Program-made: the position numbers and the translations under genes
Notes under the pieces: model-generated
What the model was told of the DNA's origin: nothing
The model's database searches: none
What the model saw: the letters and a program-made list of their open reading frames with translations, nothing else
Shown here: positions 63,403-64,000 of the stretch, piece after piece
Numbering within the stretch: the first letter of the stretch is position 1
Layout of the letters: the number at the start of each line of letters is the position of its first letter
Assembly (NCBI GenBank): GCA_040880805.1
Contig: JBBDHW010000027.1
Span: forward strand, 28,737-92,736
Direction of reading: 5' to 3'
Length of the DNA stretch: 64,000 bases
DNA from: Acidimicrobiia bacterium
GTDB taxonomy: Bacteria > Actinomycetota > Acidimicrobiia > IMCC26256 > DASPTH01

Positions 63403-64000
63403 CCCGGCTCGACGTCGTCGGTATCGGCAACGCTCTCGTCGACGTCCTCAGTCACGAGACCGACGACTTCGTCGCCGCGCAGCAGCTCAACCGGGGCGCG
63501 ATGCAGCTCATCGACACCGAGCGGGCCGAGCAGCTCTACGCGGCGATGGGACCGGCCACCGAGATCTCGGGAGGGTCGGCGGCGAACACGATGGTCGGGG
63601 TCGCGTCGCTCGGCGGCACGTCCGCGTTCGTCGGCCGTGTGAACCAGGACCAGCTCGGCGCGGTGTTCGGCCACGACCTGCGTGCCGCGGGTGTGGAGTA
63701 CACCACCGCCACCGCGAGAGGCGGCGTTCCCACCGGCCGCTGCCTCATCGTCGTCACCCCCGACGCCCAACGCACGTTGAACACGTATCTCGGCGCGTCG
63801 GCGCAATTGGGGCCCGACGATCTCGACGACGAGCTCGTCGCGAGCGCGCAGGTCCTCTACTTGGAGGGCTACCTGTGGGACGAGCCCGACGCCAAGGAAG
63901 CGTTCCGGAGTGCAGCGCGCACCGCGCACGAGGCGGGAAACCGGGTCGCGTTCACGCTGTCGGACGGCTTCTGCGTCGACCGGCATCGCGCCGAGTTCCT
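63399..64000 (+). CDS. PfkB-family carbohydrate/adenosine kinase (5' part, runs off the window)
   Basis: GTG 63399 overlaps the fbiC stop (GTGA). My own translation reads 'LDVVGIGNALVDVLS...EISGGSAANTMVGVASLGG..AFVGRV..D.LG'. It is absent from the ORF track because there is no stop in the window. Confidence 0.7.
   Translation, partial: MTRLDVVGIGNALVDVLSHETDDFVAAQQLNRGAMQLIDTERAEQLYAAMGPATEISGGSAANTMVGVASLGGTSAFVGRVNQDQLGAVFGHDLRAAGVEYTTATARGGVPTGRCLIVVTPDAQRTLNTYLGASAQLGPDDLDDELVASAQVLYLEGYLWDEPDAKEAFRSAARTAHEAGNRVAFTLSDGFCVDRHRAEF

Overview
This is a high-GC (roughly 70%), gene-dense segment of an actinobacterial chromosome. I recognised no rRNA, tRNA or CRISPR array. All protein family calls come from reading motifs in the supplied translations; no database search was run.

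Left third (+ strand unless noted):
- An SDR, a CDP-alcohol phosphatidyltransferase and a nucleotidyltransferase/PMM-like fusion.
- The conserved actinobacterial block gcvH, FHA (GarA-like), MerR, bifunctional nuclease, MerR, gcvT, gcvP, with an lplA-like gene and hpt inserted.
- A DyP peroxidase and a DUF222/HNH gene.
- A translationally coupled minus-strand operon of small-molecule-modifying enzymes: GNAT, Nudix, a frameshifted alpha/beta hydrolase, a P-loop kinase and a DUF43/BpsA-like protein.

Middle:
- A TauE/SafE-family permease, lnt, DUF4193 and a 554-aa tandem ThyX-like protein.
- A complete but expanded Pup-proteasome/Tat locus on the minus strand: mpa, dop, pup, [endonuclease VII], prcB, prcA, [DUF2007, secreted protein], pafA, [DUF3866], pafB, pafC, lepB, several small genes, tatA, tatC, helY.

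Right third:
- A ferredoxin, a PI-PLC-like lipoprotein and a marP-like protease.
- trmI, ttuA and a ttuB-like ubiquitin-fold sulfur carrier.
- A holin-like membrane triad, dacB, an ADP-forming acyl-CoA synthetase pair, divergent GT2/GT8 genes and a FIST protein.
- tkt-tal-[antisense methyltransferase-Mug fusion]-pgl, then fbiC and a pfkB-like kinase that runs off the window.

Most striking non-genic signal: a family of five GC-rich intergenic repeats (about 60-90 nt, up to three hairpins plus a purine-rich tail) lies between 31.6 and 48.2 kb, around the Pup-proteasome and ttu genes. The copies show compensatory base changes. Four of the five are in sense orientation directly 5' of a start codon.

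Other observations:
- Several short perfect tandem repeats in 5' regions.
- An AT-rich 10-codon relay mini-ORF.
- Pervasive ATGA/GTGA start-stop overlaps.
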